Notes: generated by a model from the letters alone, not told the origin. A stretch of 40,015 nucleotides of DNA from a virus (IMGVR_UViG_3300020236_000130:1-40015), one strand, 5' to 3'. Counted from the first letter of the stretch, positions 8,093 through 17,383 are shown. Numbers and translations are program-made.

Positions 8093-8386
8093 ATGAGGAC
8101 ACACAGAAGATTCGATGATGAGGTAAAAAACTTTTTGATATGGGTGCTTATTAGCCTGGGTTTGTTTGTAGTGGGGCTGTATGCGGGAGGGGAGATTGCA
8201 GGCAACAGTGACAAGTTGCTTCGTAACGAGATGACTGAGCTCAGGGCGGCCCTGGAGCTGTATCCAAATTCTGTGGTGATTATGCCGGGGCATGTTGCGG
8301 CGAAGATGGGGTATGAGCCGAGGAGGAAAGACCTGGACTTAAGATTAAGAACCCTGGATCAAACAGAGGGAGGGAAACTGCAATGA
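8093..8386 (+). CDS. Single-pass membrane hypothetical protein
   Basis: AGGAGG upstream; TM segment FLIWVLISLGLFVVGLYAG. Confidence 0.65.
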   Translation: MRTHRRFDDEVKNFLIWVLISLGLFVVGLYAGGEIAGNSDKLLRNEMTELRAALELYPNSVVIMPGHVAAKMGYEPRRKDLDLRLRTLDQTEGGKLQ

Positions 8387-8523
8387 TAACAGGGATGATA
8401 ATAGGTTTTCTTGTCGGCGGGTTTTTCGGGATATTAGTGATGTGCATGATGAATGTTGCAAGTAGTGCAGACTACAGGATCGAAAAAATTTTACAAGGAG
8501 GTAAGGGAGATGAGCCTGGATAA
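8383..8523 (+). CDS. 46-aa small membrane protein (DUF3789-like); below the ORF-track cutoff
   Basis: MITGMIIGFLVGGFFGILVMCMMNVASSADYRIEKILQGGKGDEPG; GGAGG upstream, ATGA overlap with the previous gene, overlaps the Gam start. Confidence 0.7.
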   Translation: MITGMIIGFLVGGFFGILVMCMMNVASSADYRIEKILQGGKGDEPG

Positions 8524-9061
8524 TATTGAAAAACTTACAAGGGATTATGCACATGCCCGGAGGATTCTTGCGGATAGGGTGGAGGAGCTTGAGAAGAAAA
8601 TCAGCGATCTCAAGAAAAGGGCGCTGCCCATGATCCGCAAGTGCGTGGAGGCTACTGCACACAGACACGCAGAGCTGGCGGCGGTTATAGAGAGAAGCCC
8701 TCAGCTTTTTAAAAAGCAGAGGACTATTATTTTTCACGGGATCAAGGTCGGGTTTCAGAAGGGCAAAGGCATGCTGAAGTGGGAGTCGCCCGATATGGTT
8801 GTGAAGCTGATCAGAAAGCAGTTCCCGGATCAGGCAGATACGCTCATCAGGATAAGTGAAGTGCCTTTAAAATCAGCGCTGGCGCAGTTGAGCGCGGCAG
8901 AGCTGAAAAAGCTCACGATTACGGTTGTTGAGACAGGGGATCAGGTGGTGATTAAGGGTACGGACAGTGAGATTGATAAGCTGGTGGCTGCGCTGTTGAA
9001 AGAGGATGACCCTGCGATGAGCTCAGGACTGGCAGGCTCAGGATTTAAGGAGGTAGCGTGA
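8510..9061 (+). CDS. gam: Host-nuclease inhibitor Gam-family protein
   Basis: N-terminal coiled coil, then LFKKQRTIIFHGIKVGFQKGKG...; typical position after the ATPase; AAGGAGG upstream of ATG 8510. Confidence 0.75.
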   Translation: MSLDNIEKLTRDYAHARRILADRVEELEKKISDLKKRALPMIRKCVEATAHRHAELAAVIERSPQLFKKQRTIIFHGIKVGFQKGKGMLKWESPDMVVKLIRKQFPDQADTLIRISEVPLKSALAQLSAAELKKLTITVVETGDQVVIKGTDSEIDKLVAALLKEDDPAMSSGLAGSGFKEVA

Positions 9062-9789
9062 AACCGATACATATAAACGCAAAAACTATTTCTGATGCAT
9101 GGTTCCAGTTGTTATGGAGCATTTTTGATAATTCTTATCGTCAGAACATACAACGTGGTTCTTTTGAAAAGGAGCAATACCGGTTGCAGTATCCAGGGGC
9201 AAGTATTTATATTGAGTTCCCGCATCAAGATATAGTGCCAGTTATACCGACTGCTTTAAGTATCCCCTCACCGACAACAATGAAATATATTGAACACTAC
9301 TTTGCCGATTATCTTATGAATCCGGAACTCGGGGAAAATGAAACATATAAATATGCAAGCAGAATATGGGAGGCTATCCGGTTACATCCCGACCATGATT
9401 CACCCAAGACAACATCAATAATAGAAGTCATTCACATGCTCATAGAGACGCCCTTCACAAATCATGCAGTTATTGAAATCGCAAAGCCTGAAGACATTAC
9501 CTGTTGCGTGGGAAAGGATGGTAAAAATGATCCGCCCTGTTTGCGCCTCATAGATTTTAAAGTGATCCCGCCAGACCTTTTGACTGTGACAGTCTACTTC
9601 CGTTCATGGGATTTGTGGGCCGGGCTGCCTTCTAACCTTGGAGGCATTGAGTTACTGAAACAATATGTAGCTTCAGAGGCTGGACTGAAGAATGGGCACA
9701 TGTATGCGTATAGTGCTGGCCTTCACATCTATGGGTATCAGGAAGAGATAGTACGAATAAGAACAATGAAGCCAAAGGAGGAGGTGTAG
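9058..9789 (+). CDS. thyA: Thymidylate synthase (ThyA)-family protein
   Basis: Catalytic PPC; YFRSWDLWAGLPSNL matches RSxD...GLPxN; HIY motif. Confidence 0.85.
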   Translation: MKPIHINAKTISDAWFQLLWSIFDNSYRQNIQRGSFEKEQYRLQYPGASIYIEFPHQDIVPVIPTALSIPSPTTMKYIEHYFADYLMNPELGENETYKYASRIWEAIRLHPDHDSPKTTSIIEVIHMLIETPFTNHAVIEIAKPEDITCCVGKDGKNDPPCLRLIDFKVIPPDLLTVTVYFRSWDLWAGLPSNLGGIELLKQYVASEAGLKNGHMYAYSAGLHIYGYQEEIVRIRTMKPKEEV

Positions 9790-9791
9790 GA

Positions 9792-10013
9792 ATGGGAACT
9801 AAACAAGAGCCGGGAAGATATGATTGTTTAGAAAAGCTATATGAAGATGAGCCGTTTTTTGTGTTGAGGGCCCAAGATGTATTAGCTGATGACCTTGTGA
9901 TTTTTTGGGCTGATATGGCAGAGGCTCAGGGTTGTAATCCTAAAAAAGTGCAGGAAGCAAGAGATATTGCCATAGCTATGAAGCAATGGAACCCACGTAA
10001 ATTACCAGACTAA
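9792..10013 (+). CDS. Hypothetical phage protein
   Basis: GGAGG RBS; DEPFFVLRAQD motif; tight operon packing. Confidence 0.7.
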   Translation: MGTKQEPGRYDCLEKLYEDEPFFVLRAQDVLADDLVIFWADMAEAQGCNPKKVQEARDIAIAMKQWNPRKLPD

Positions 10014-10027
10014 GGAAAGGAGGAGGT

Positions 10028-10234
10028 GTGAAACCGATAGATTTTGATGAAGCTATTATCAAAATTGGAAGGATTGAAATTAAAAGTGATGGCCTACCGC
10101 GCAATACGCATATTAAATTTGATGGGAAAGAGACAAATGATATTGAAAGGATGGTGATTATTATAGATGCATATAAAGACATGGTAGAAATTTATTTTAA
10201 GATTAATCCATTAATTAAGAAGGAGGTGGCGTGA
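10028..10234 (+). CDS. Hypothetical protein
   Basis: AGGAGG RBS before GTG; operon packing. Confidence 0.65.
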   Translation: MKPIDFDEAIIKIGRIEIKSDGLPRNTHIKFDGKETNDIERMVIIIDAYKDMVEIYFKINPLIKKEVA

Positions 10235-10252
10235 AGAATAGGTGGCAGATTA

Positions 10253-10639
10253 ATGATTGAGCAGGTTCAATTAGACTTTGAGGCGCTGGTTAAGGGCTCT
10301 GAGTTAACCCGGGAGGAGCGGTTGGTCTGGGAGGCTGTTCAGCCTCGCAGAGGGAAGGAGAACGCTATTTTAGGGCCCATGATATCAGCTATGACTGAAA
10401 TCGAGTACAACAGGATCAGGGAGATTATTTCTCATCTAATTAAAAGACATGGCCGTTTGATAGCCAGTTATTCAAGGGGATATTTTATCCCCATCACCCC
10501 TGAGGAGGTTATGGAGGCGACGAGGTCGTTACGTCACAGGGGGATCATGATCCTGGTGCGGGCATCAAAGCTCCAGAGGATATCTCTGGAGGAAATATTT
10601 CACCAGGCTAAGATGGAGTTTAATAATGAAGCAAATTGA
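10253..10639 (+). CDS. Winged-HTH-like hypothetical protein
   Basis: RIREIISHLIKRHGRLIASYSRGYFI resembles a wHTH recognition helix plus wing. Confidence 0.65.
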   Translation: MIEQVQLDFEALVKGSELTREERLVWEAVQPRRGKENAILGPMISAMTEIEYNRIREIISHLIKRHGRLIASYSRGYFIPITPEEVMEATRSLRHRGIMILVRASKLQRISLEEIFHQAKMEFNNEAN

Positions 10640-11192
10640 TAACACTCAAAAAAAGCTCATTCATATTGCTAAGGCGCAGTTGAAGTTGAGTGATGAGGAG
10701 TATCGGACAATGCTCTCTGAGCGGTACTGGGTGAATAGCTGTAAGTCTCTGGCTTATGACGATGCGCATGCTTTGATTGAGCATTTTAAAACTCTCGGCT
10801 TTAAGGTGGTTACGAAAAAATATGAAAGGAGGAAGACTGCGCCGAATCTGATCCGGCTTGTATCGAAGCAGCAGCTTGCCAAGATTGAACATCTGAAAGA
10901 GGATATCCGCTGGATAGTAAAGCCTGATGGTTATCAGAGATGGCTTAAGAAATATTTAAAACAAGACCCTGCCCGCATTGCAACTTCGAAACAGGCGAAT
11001 GCTGTTATTGAGGCATTAAAGTCAATGCGTGAAAGGCAGCAAAAAACCCTTCGACAGGCTCAGGATGAACCAGGGGGACAAGGTACCCCTACTTTCTGGC
11101 TGGCCCCTGCGTCTCACGACGCAAGACGTGGCAGCGGGCGAAAGTGGAAGGGGTACAAGGAGGGAGCTGGGAGATATGATTTTCGGGAATAA
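10626..11192 (+). CDS. gemA: GemA/gp16 (DUF1018) regulatory protein with repeat-derived C-terminal extension
   Basis: QKKLIHIAKAQLKLSDEEYRTML...SCKSL...QANAVIEALKSM; upstream of Mor. The tail from LRQAQ onward is encoded by repeats at 11047-11156. Confidence 0.85.
   Translation: MKQIDNTQKKLIHIAKAQLKLSDEEYRTMLSERYWVNSCKSLAYDDAHALIEHFKTLGFKVVTKKYERRKTAPNLIRLVSKQQLAKIEHLKEDIRWIVKPDGYQRWLKKYLKQDPARIATSKQANAVIEALKSMRERQQKTLRQAQDEPGGQGTPTFWLAPASHDARRGSGRKWKGYKEGAGRYDFRE
11047..11156. repeat. CCCTTCGACAGGCTCAGG element plus nested GTACCCCT...AGGGGTAC composite
   Basis: The composite core is near-identical to 26933-27007. Confidence 0.8.
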
Positions 11193-11400
11193 AGACAAGG
11201 ACGAGGATAAAAAGCAGGACCCGGGAAGTGAGAGGCTGTGGAAGGATCTGAATGATGCTGAGATGAGCTGGTGCTGTAAGTTTTTGATTGAGATAAAGAC
11301 TAAATTTAAATTGGCTCATTTTTCTTTTATGACGCCAAAAGGTGAATACGCAGGGATGAATTTAAATTATTGCCCCCGATGCGGCCGGAGGCTCGCATGA
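11176..11400 (+). CDS. Small Cys-rich (zinc-ribbon-like) protein
   Basis: WCC...YCPRCGRRL; start at ATG 11176. Confidence 0.6.
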   Translation: MIFGNKDKDEDKKQDPGSERLWKDLNDAEMSWCCKFLIEIKTKFKLAHFSFMTPKGEYAGMNLNYCPRCGRRLA

Positions 11401-11410
11401 GAAGGAAGCT

Positions 11411-11728
11411 GTGAACTCTGAGTGGATTAAGGAGATATCAATCGAGGACCTGCCTCCGAGTTATCAGGAGGTGGCAAGGATCGTGGGCGTTGAAAACGCT
11501 GTAAAGCTGTCTGAGCAGCTTGGCGGACTGGGTTTTTATTTTCCCAAGATAGACAGCCTGATACAGAAGAAACGTGACGAGAAGATTCGTAAGGAATTCA
11601 GTGGATGCAACCACCAGGAGCTTGCACGGAAGTATGGACTCAGCGAAATCTGGATACGCAACATTGTGCAGAATGGGGAGAGCAAAAAACAAACTGACCT
11701 TTTTGCTGAAAAATCAAAAGGGATTTGA
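11411..11728 (+). CDS. mor: Mor/C-family transcription activator
   Basis: LSEQLGGLGFYFPK...RDEKIRKEFSGCNHQELARKYGLSEIWIRNIV. Confidence 0.92.
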   Translation: MNSEWIKEISIEDLPPSYQEVARIVGVENAVKLSEQLGGLGFYFPKIDSLIQKKRDEKIRKEFSGCNHQELARKYGLSEIWIRNIVQNGESKKQTDLFAEKSKGI

Positions 11729-12027
11729 TAGAATTTAGGAGGCATCAAATGATTAAATACAAAAATTGTAAATATTGGGGTAAAGGTGGAGATGGTTCTT
11801 TAGATGATGGCAAGCAATTTGCTATGTCTATGGAGCAATTCAATAAGGCCATAGAGCCGTATATCCGAGAGATAATAAAAATAGTAAATCTTCTTCCTCG
11901 GACAATCACCGTGACCGGAAGGAACGAGGTTGAATTTAAAACACACTGGACTCCTGAAGCAAGGGAGGCTGTCAAAATAATTAATGAAATTATTGAGTAT
12001 AATCGCACGAAATATTTTGAGACATAA
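11725..12027 (+). CDS. Hypothetical protein (start uncertain)
   Basis: ORF overlapping the mor stop; AGGAGG precedes an internal ATG at 11749. Confidence 0.55.
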   Translation: MIEFRRHQMIKYKNCKYWGKGGDGSLDDGKQFAMSMEQFNKAIEPYIREIIKIVNLLPRTITVTGRNEVEFKTHWTPEAREAVKIINEIIEYNRTKYFET

Positions 12028-12058
12028 CAGCTATTAGTCAGATCTCCCATTGAAGAAA

Positions 12059-12082
12059 GATTCCCGTCAAGCGGGAATGACA
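12059..12082. repeat. GATTCC...GGAATGACA REP-like element
   Basis: Family also at 235-258 (reverse), 12284-12307, 12323-12406, 15070-15135, 15658-15690, 22954-22977, 25249-25272 and 39588-39611. Confidence 0.85.
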
Positions 12083-12109
12083 CAACAACCCCTTCCAATA
12101 ACCTACTTC

Positions 12110-12167
12110 ACTAAACTAATTTACTAAACTACTTTAGAGGACTTCTGTGTTCTCTCCTCTCTAAGCT
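12110..12167 (+). promoter_or_regulatory. Putative activator-dependent late promoter
   Basis: ACTAAACTA direct repeat (12110, 12123), CTAAA-N4-TTTAG dyad, TAAGCT -10-like box at 12162 with no -35; between mor and the lysis genes. Confidence 0.45.
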
Positions 12168-12283
12168 TACTGCATATGCAGTCTGATTATAAACATTCCC
12201 AGTGCTTCTTACACCTCACACCTCCAAGAACGGCGGGCGGGTTGGCCTGCTCGTCCGCCGTCATACCTCTACAAGAGAAGAAA

Positions 12284-12406
12284 GATTCCGGCCAAGCCGG
12301 AATGACAGGAAAAAAAAAGAAAGATTCCGAACATTCATCCTTCGTAGTTTCATCCTTCGCAGTGCTACGGAGAACGGAACTACGGAGAACGGGAGTCGGA
12401 ATGACA
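12284..12406. repeat. Two REP-like elements, the second interrupted by doubly nested TTCATCCTTCG...CTACGGAGAACGG elements
   Basis: Removing the inserts from 12323-12406 restores GATTCCGAACAAGTCGGAATGACA, as at 25249-25272. Confidence 0.8.
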
Positions 12407-12411
12407 AAAAA

Positions 12412-12861
12412 ATGACGATGAGCACGGATAAAAACGAGGTTTTTAAAAAGCTCGAGGATATAGAACTCTTGACTCTTGTGATGTATGGAGAGGCGCGGGG
12501 TGAGGGGCTTGACGGAATGCTTGCTGTAGGCTCTGTAGTTTTAAACAGGGTAAAGCAAAAGGTCTACGGCAACGGGATAAAGGGCGTGATTTTAAAGAAG
12601 TATCAATTTTCAACGTTTAACGAGAGAGACCCTAACAGGGAATCCCTAATTCGAATTGCATTTGATTTTAAATCACATCTTGAGAGTTTTTTAACTTTGC
12701 GGGCCGGATACTGGGTTGCAAAGGGGCTGTTAGAAGGCTACTTGCACAGCAATGTAGGGGATGCAAATCACTATAACACAAAGGGGGTAGACCCTAAGTG
12801 GGATGACAATATGACGTTAATCAGGGTTATTGGAAACCATGAGTTTTTTGAGGGCAGATAG
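12412..12861 (+). CDS. Endolysin, SleB-like cell wall hydrolase (Hydrolase_2)
   Basis: LLTLVMYGEARGE...AVGSVVLNR...YQFS...IGNHEF. The upstream extension in the ORF track is repeat DNA. Confidence 0.9.
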   Translation: MTMSTDKNEVFKKLEDIELLTLVMYGEARGEGLDGMLAVGSVVLNRVKQKVYGNGIKGVILKKYQFSTFNERDPNRESLIRIAFDFKSHLESFLTLRAGYWVAKGLLEGYLHSNVGDANHYNTKGVDPKWDDNMTLIRVIGNHEFFEGR

Positions 12862-12862
12862 G

Positions 12863-13102
12863 ATGACAATACGGGAAGAAATAACGGAGATAATATATTT
12901 GGCCCTCTATTTCCAGGGCACTGATTTAAGTCAGGAAGTATTGGATTCTAAAAGGCGTATAGCTGAAAAAGCAGCTGACAAAATCCTTAATCTATCCATT
13001 CCACCCCTTTTATGTCAGTCAATACCCAAAAGCACTCACCTAATGAATGGAGAATTGTATCAGAAACTTAAACGGGAAGCGGTACAGGAGGGGGAACAAT
13101 GA
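12863..13102 (+). CDS. Hypothetical protein
   Basis: ATG right after the endolysin stop; ATGA overlap with the next gene. Confidence 0.55.
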   Translation: MTIREEITEIIYLALYFQGTDLSQEVLDSKRRIAEKAADKILNLSIPPLLCQSIPKSTHLMNGELYQKLKREAVQEGEQ

Positions 13103-13479
13103 AGAATTTTATCCTAACAAGGATTTTAAGGGCGATAGCGAAACCGTTTGATGGGTATAAAACGCAAATAAGCGGACTGATTCCCTTCTGTACTGGAATA
13201 ATTGCACTTATAGGGGTGTTATTCCCGGATATAGCCGTTCAATATCAATTGCCGGAATCAAATATGGGACTTGTGCTTGCATCCTTTACAACGGCTTTTG
13301 GCTTATGGGGGCTTGGTGGTAAATCTGAAAAGAATAAAAAAGCAGTAGAAGAGCAAACAAAAACTATGAAAGAGATGAATACATTGTTTCAAAAGAGTTC
13401 ACCAACTTTGAAAGCCACTATTCCTGCAGAACCAGAAGAGAAAGCTGGTGGATACAGGAAGCCAGGAGGGGATGACTGA
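13099..13479 (+). CDS. Holin-like two-TM membrane protein
   Basis: GYKTQISGL motif, two hydrophobic helices, charged C-terminus; lysis cassette. Confidence 0.6.
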   Translation: MKNFILTRILRAIAKPFDGYKTQISGLIPFCTGIIALIGVLFPDIAVQYQLPESNMGLVLASFTTAFGLWGLGGKSEKNKKAVEEQTKTMKEMNTLFQKSSPTLKATIPAEPEEKAGGYRKPGGDD

Positions 13480-13802
13480 TTTCCGCTATGGGGGTATGGT
13501 GAACGAGAGAAGGACGAATGAGCCTACGATCTGAAAAGAGTATCAAGTACCCGTATCGCCTAAGGCGGAAAAAATAGCCAAATGAAATGGCGACGCATAA
13601 GGGCAAAGCTCAGGGATTTTTTACTGCAGAAGCCGGGTCCGCCTCAGGCCGGGGGACATGGCAGATATGACCGGCTCTTTGTGACCGGCTCTTTGAAAAA
13701 ATGGGAGAAAGGGTCAGGCCTCATGCCCCGCAGGATCGTAATCCCGGTTTTTCAGAAACCGTTTGGAAGTTTTAAAAATTTATTTAAGAGGAGGAGGAAA
13801 AG

Positions 13803-14213
13803 ATGATGAAAAAGGATTTTAGAATTTACAGGTTAATGGTGCTGGTTCTGGCAGTTGTTCTATTTCTCGGGCTTTCTGCCTGCACCAAGTCATGGAAGAA
13901 AGACTCTGTTCTGGTTTATGGAGGGACTGCTGATACTCTGGTAATAGCCGGGGAAACTATCAAGCAGGCATACAGGGACAAGCTCATCAATATTGAGGAG
14001 TACGCAAAGATAAGGGCGGTTTACAATAAAGCCGTCAGGCTTAATCTTGTTATTGGCGATGTCCTGAAGATTGCGATTGAGGCAGAGGATGCTGTGCTGA
14101 AAAAGGCCAGTTTTGCTAAGTATCAGAAGTTGTTGAATGACTTTATCCCTCTGCTTATGGAACTCAGTCAACTGGCGGTTGAAATGGGTGTGAAAATAAA
14201 CATAGGCGGCTGA
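13803..14213 (+). CDS. Lipoprotein (possible spanin component)
   Basis: Lipobox LGLSA|C after a hydrophobic stretch; helical body; lysis cassette. Confidence 0.7.
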   Translation: MMKKDFRIYRLMVLVLAVVLFLGLSACTKSWKKDSVLVYGGTADTLVIAGETIKQAYRDKLINIEEYAKIRAVYNKAVRLNLVIGDVLKIAIEAEDAVLKKASFAKYQKLLNDFIPLLMELSQLAVEMGVKINIGG

Positions 14214-14246
14214 AGAGGCCGCAACTGGATGTAAAAATAAATAGAG

Positions 14247-14281
14247 TCCCCCGTGTTTCCTTATGGAAACAAGGAAGGGGG
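14247..14281. repeat. 35-bp double-hairpin element
   Basis: TCCCCCGTGTTTCCTTATGGAAACAAGGAAGGGGG, identical to 20778-20812. Confidence 0.9.
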
Positions 14282-14300
14282 ATAAGAGGAGGTAATTAAA

Positions 14301-14525
14301 ATGGCGTTTAAAGATATGTCACCGGAGGATATTACAAAGATGGTCGGCCTGGCTACGGCGGCCTTGACCGGACTCGGGCAGTTGAGCCTGATGTTGATAA
14401 GGGTTGTTAAGCAAAGCAAGGAAATGGCAGAGACAGATAAGGATGAGCTTATTGCCATGATTAATCAGGCACAGGCACAGTTAAAGCCTTTGCCGACTGC
14501 TGAGGAGCTGGATAAAGAGCAATGA
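14301..14525 (+). CDS. Small membrane-associated protein
   Basis: AGGAGG RBS; hydrophobic N-terminal half. Confidence 0.65.
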   Translation: MAFKDMSPEDITKMVGLATAALTGLGQLSLMLIRVVKQSKEMAETDKDELIAMINQAQAQLKPLPTAEELDKEQ

Positions 14526-14538
14526 GAGGAAGTAAATA

Positions 14539-14805
14539 ATGGAAGGGCTGGCAGTTGAAAAGTTACTGAGCCTGCTGGAGTTCGGCGGGCCGTGGGCTAT
14601 TGTGTTTTTCATCTGGTGGCAGGGCGTTAAGGAATCAAAGAGATGGGAAGCGAGGTTCCAGGCTGTAAAGCGCATGTATGAAGACAATGTGGTACTGGTT
14701 AAAGGCTATGAAAAACTCTCTAATGATCAACAGGAATTAATCATCATGAATACGCAGGCAATTACAAAGCTCACAACAATTATCAAGGAGAGGATTAAAA
14801 CATGA
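14539..14805 (+). CDS. Single-TM coiled-coil protein (BhlA/holin-like)
   Basis: FGGPWAIVFFIWW followed by a coiled coil. Confidence 0.6.
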   Translation: MEGLAVEKLLSLLEFGGPWAIVFFIWWQGVKESKRWEARFQAVKRMYEDNVVLVKGYEKLSNDQQELIIMNTQAITKLTTIIKERIKT

Positions 14806-15047
14806 GCGAGATGCTGAAACTTAAAGGCGCGCTGTCTGAAAAAAGATTAAAAAGGCGGCAATTGATCCTTGAGGCTGATACTCACATAAAGCACATCAGG
14901 GACATCTTTGCTGATTCTGTGTATATGCCTGTTACTGAGATAGATGCTGAAGGCGCTCACCTGTTGGCAGGCAAGATCCTTAACCTCCAGAAAAAAATAA
15001 AAGAGCTTGATGAGGAAATCAGGAAGATTAATAAAGAGCTTGAATAA
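14802..15047 (+). CDS. Coiled-coil hypothetical protein
   Basis: ATGA overlap; precedes the terminase small subunit. Confidence 0.65.
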   Translation: MSEMLKLKGALSEKRLKRRQLILEADTHIKHIRDIFADSVYMPVTEIDAEGAHLLAGKILNLQKKIKELDEEIRKINKELE

Positions 15048-15069
15048 AAGAATCGCTCAATTTAACAGG

Positions 15070-15135
15070 TGTCATTCCCGCTTGTCGGGAATCCTTCTGA
15101 AAACAAGGAAAGATTCTGGACAAGCCAGAATGACA
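15070..15135. repeat. REPIN-like inverted pair of REP elements
   Basis: TGTCATTCCCGCTTGTCGGGAATC...GATTCTGGACAAGCCAGAATGACA. Confidence 0.85.
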
Positions 15136-15140
15136 GACAG

Positions 15141-15644
15141 ATGAAAGGGAAGTCGTGGAAAAAGGCAAACCTTCAAACAGCATTTGACACTTACTGCGCA
15201 AGCGGCGGAAGCATGGAGGCCGCACGCAAGGCGCTGAAAGAGAAAGGGCTGGAAGTCTCAAGGCCCACGCTCTATGACTGGGAAGGTAAATATGACTGGA
15301 AGAACCGCAAGTCAGAGATTGACCTGAGACGGCAGGAGACTGAAGGGCAGACACAGGACGAAAACCTGCTTGCAGGGCTTTTATCGCAGAAAAAGAAGTT
15401 CGAGGGACACTTTGATTCACTCGGGATCGAGATAGACCCGCAGGTAACTTATGCGTATACGAATATTGTTAAGTCGATTATTGACATCAGGGCAAAGACA
15501 AATGCCAACAGGGTAGAGCTTTTCATGGAATTCTTTAAAAATTTAATTGATTATGCGCATAAAAATGACCCGCAGGCAGTGGATGTCATTGAACGCAACC
15601 TTGATGACTTTGTGCAGTACATAAGAGAGAAGTATGGGAACTGA
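15141..15644 (+). CDS. Terminase small subunit (Mu gp27-like)
   Basis: N-terminal HTH VSRPTLYDWEGKYDW; directly upstream of TerL. Confidence 0.7.
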   Translation: MKGKSWKKANLQTAFDTYCASGGSMEAARKALKEKGLEVSRPTLYDWEGKYDWKNRKSEIDLRRQETEGQTQDENLLAGLLSQKKKFEGHFDSLGIEIDPQVTYAYTNIVKSIIDIRAKTNANRVELFMEFFKNLIDYAHKNDPQAVDVIERNLDDFVQYIREKYGN

Positions 15645-15694
15645 AAAAATTAAGGAACTGGATTCCCGCTTAAGGATTGCGGGAATGACATTAT

Positions 15695-17383
15695 ATGGCA
15701 ACTAAATTCACAGACAAAAAATTCAACAGAGAGCTCGAGGCGCTGAGGTCGCTCATACAGTCCAAGGCAAAGCCTTTCCCTGATAATAAAAAAACCCAGA
15801 GGGAAAGAAAAAAGCGGGCGTCAAGAGACCTCGAGTACTTTGGCAAGACGTATTTCCCTCATTACGTGACTGCGGAATGCTCAGAGCTCCACAAATATAT
15901 CAGCACCCGGTTTTCAGGGATGGTGCTTCAGTCTGTCAAAACAGGTAACGGAGACAGGGAGGCTGATGCCGCGCCCCGGGGAAGCGCAAAATCAACATGG
16001 ATGACGCTGATTCTTCCGGTATGGGCAGCGGCTTTTAAATACAGGCTGTTCTCTCTTGTTGTCTCGGATACTGCGACACAGTCAGAGGATTTTATCTCGT
16101 TCATAAAAGCTGAACTTGAAACAAACGAAAGACTGAAGCAGGACTTTCCTGAGCTCTGCGGAGAAGGGACTGTGTGGAGGGCTGATACTATCATCACACG
16201 CAGCGGAATAAAGATACGCGGCGCAGGAAGCGGGCAGAAATTAAGAGGCATGCGGCACGGAAACAAACGGCCTGACCTGGTGATATGCGATGACCTTGAA
16301 AATGACGAGGCCGTGGAGTCGCCGGACCAGAGAAAGAAACTTGAGAAATGGTTTTTCAAGGCCCTGATGAAGATCGGGCAGAAAGATACTGTCTCTGCCG
16401 TTGGCGGGACGATCCTTCATTATGACAGTCTGCTCTTTAATCTGCTTAAGAAGCCCGGCTGGAAGGGCAGGAAATTTAAATCAGTAATCCAGTGGTCTAA
16501 ATCTCCTCTGTGGGAAAAATGGGAGACAATATTTGCGGATATCTCCGGCGGCAAGGCAGAGGCAGAGGCCGCTGCAGACAGGTTCTTCTACGGGCATGCA
16601 GCAGAGATGCTTGCAGGGACAAAGGTGCTCTGGCCGGAGGTTGAGGATTATTACTACCTCATGAAAATGAGAATCTCTGACGGGCCGGCTTATTTTGATT
16701 CTGAAAAACAGAACGAGCCGATTAACCCGGAGGACTGTTTATTCCAGGAAGACTGGTTCCAGTACTGGGAAGACGGTGAAGTGGATCTCGCCGGCATCCC
16801 TCATGCCGGAGTGGTCGACCCTTCGATGGGCAAGAAGTCAAAGAAGCGTGACCCGTCTGCAATCCTTGACGGCAGGATGAAGGAGAACATCATCTATGTC
16901 GGCATTGCAGATATTGAGAAGAGGCATCCTGACAGGATCATTGACGACATCCTGAATTATCACGAAAGGGATAAATTCGATAAGTTCGGGGTTGAGACTA
17001 TAGCGTTTCAGGAGTTTTTCAAGGACACGCTCGTGAAAGAGGCGCATAAGCGGGGGCTAACCCTTAATGTCACAGAGATCAAGCCCAACAAGGATAAATT
17101 CCTGCGCATTCAGACCTTACAGCCGTGGATTAAAAACGGCTGGATACGGTTCAAAAAAGAGCAAAAGACAATGATCGAGCAGTTGAGATACTTCCCCAAG
17201 GGTGATCACGATGACGGGCCTGATGCTCTGGAGATGCTGAAATCAATGATTGAGAAACAGATGAAAGCGGCGGCGTCAGTAAGCAGTGAGCCGGAGAAAG
17301 AGGATTACCACGCAGAGCGGTCAACAGGCTCGCGCTGGGTGGACAGATTCTTCGGACGCGGGCGGAGGAGCCTGGCGGCATGA
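15695..17383 (+). CDS. Terminase large subunit
   Basis: Walker A APRGSAKST, Walker B LVICDDLE, nuclease VVDPS and HDDGPDA. Confidence 0.95.
   Translation: MATKFTDKKFNRELEALRSLIQSKAKPFPDNKKTQRERKKRASRDLEYFGKTYFPHYVTAECSELHKYISTRFSGMVLQSVKTGNGDREADAAPRGSAKSTWMTLILPVWAAAFKYRLFSLVVSDTATQSEDFISFIKAELETNERLKQDFPELCGEGTVWRADTIITRSGIKIRGAGSGQKLRGMRHGNKRPDLVICDDLENDEAVESPDQRKKLEKWFFKALMKIGQKDTVSAVGGTILHYDSLLFNLLKKPGWKGRKFKSVIQWSKSPLWEKWETIFADISGGKAEAEAAADRFFYGHAAEMLAGTKVLWPEVEDYYYLMKMRISDGPAYFDSEKQNEPINPEDCLFQEDWFQYWEDGEVDLAGIPHAGVVDPSMGKKSKKRDPSAILDGRMKENIIYVGIADIEKRHPDRIIDDILNYHERDKFDKFGVETIAFQEFFKDTLVKEAHKRGLTLNVTEIKPNKDKFLRIQTLQPWIKNGWIRFKKEQKTMIEQLRYFPKGDHDDGPDALEMLKSMIEKQMKAAASVSSEPEKEDYHAERSTGSRWVDRFFGRGRRSLAA

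Noticed and set aside
12176-12415. 79-aa ORF and the N-terminal extension of the endolysin
   Set aside because: They read through leader hairpin and REP elements (SGQAGMT-type peptides).
13582-13806. 74-aa basic ORF in the lysis region
   Set aside because: No clear RBS and it contains a palindrome-derived segment; it may be real but is unsupported.
14205-14225. Second hammerhead at CTGAAGA
   Set aside because: No correctly placed GAAA, stem III or UH; it is just a GCGGC/GCCGC hairpin over a stop codon.
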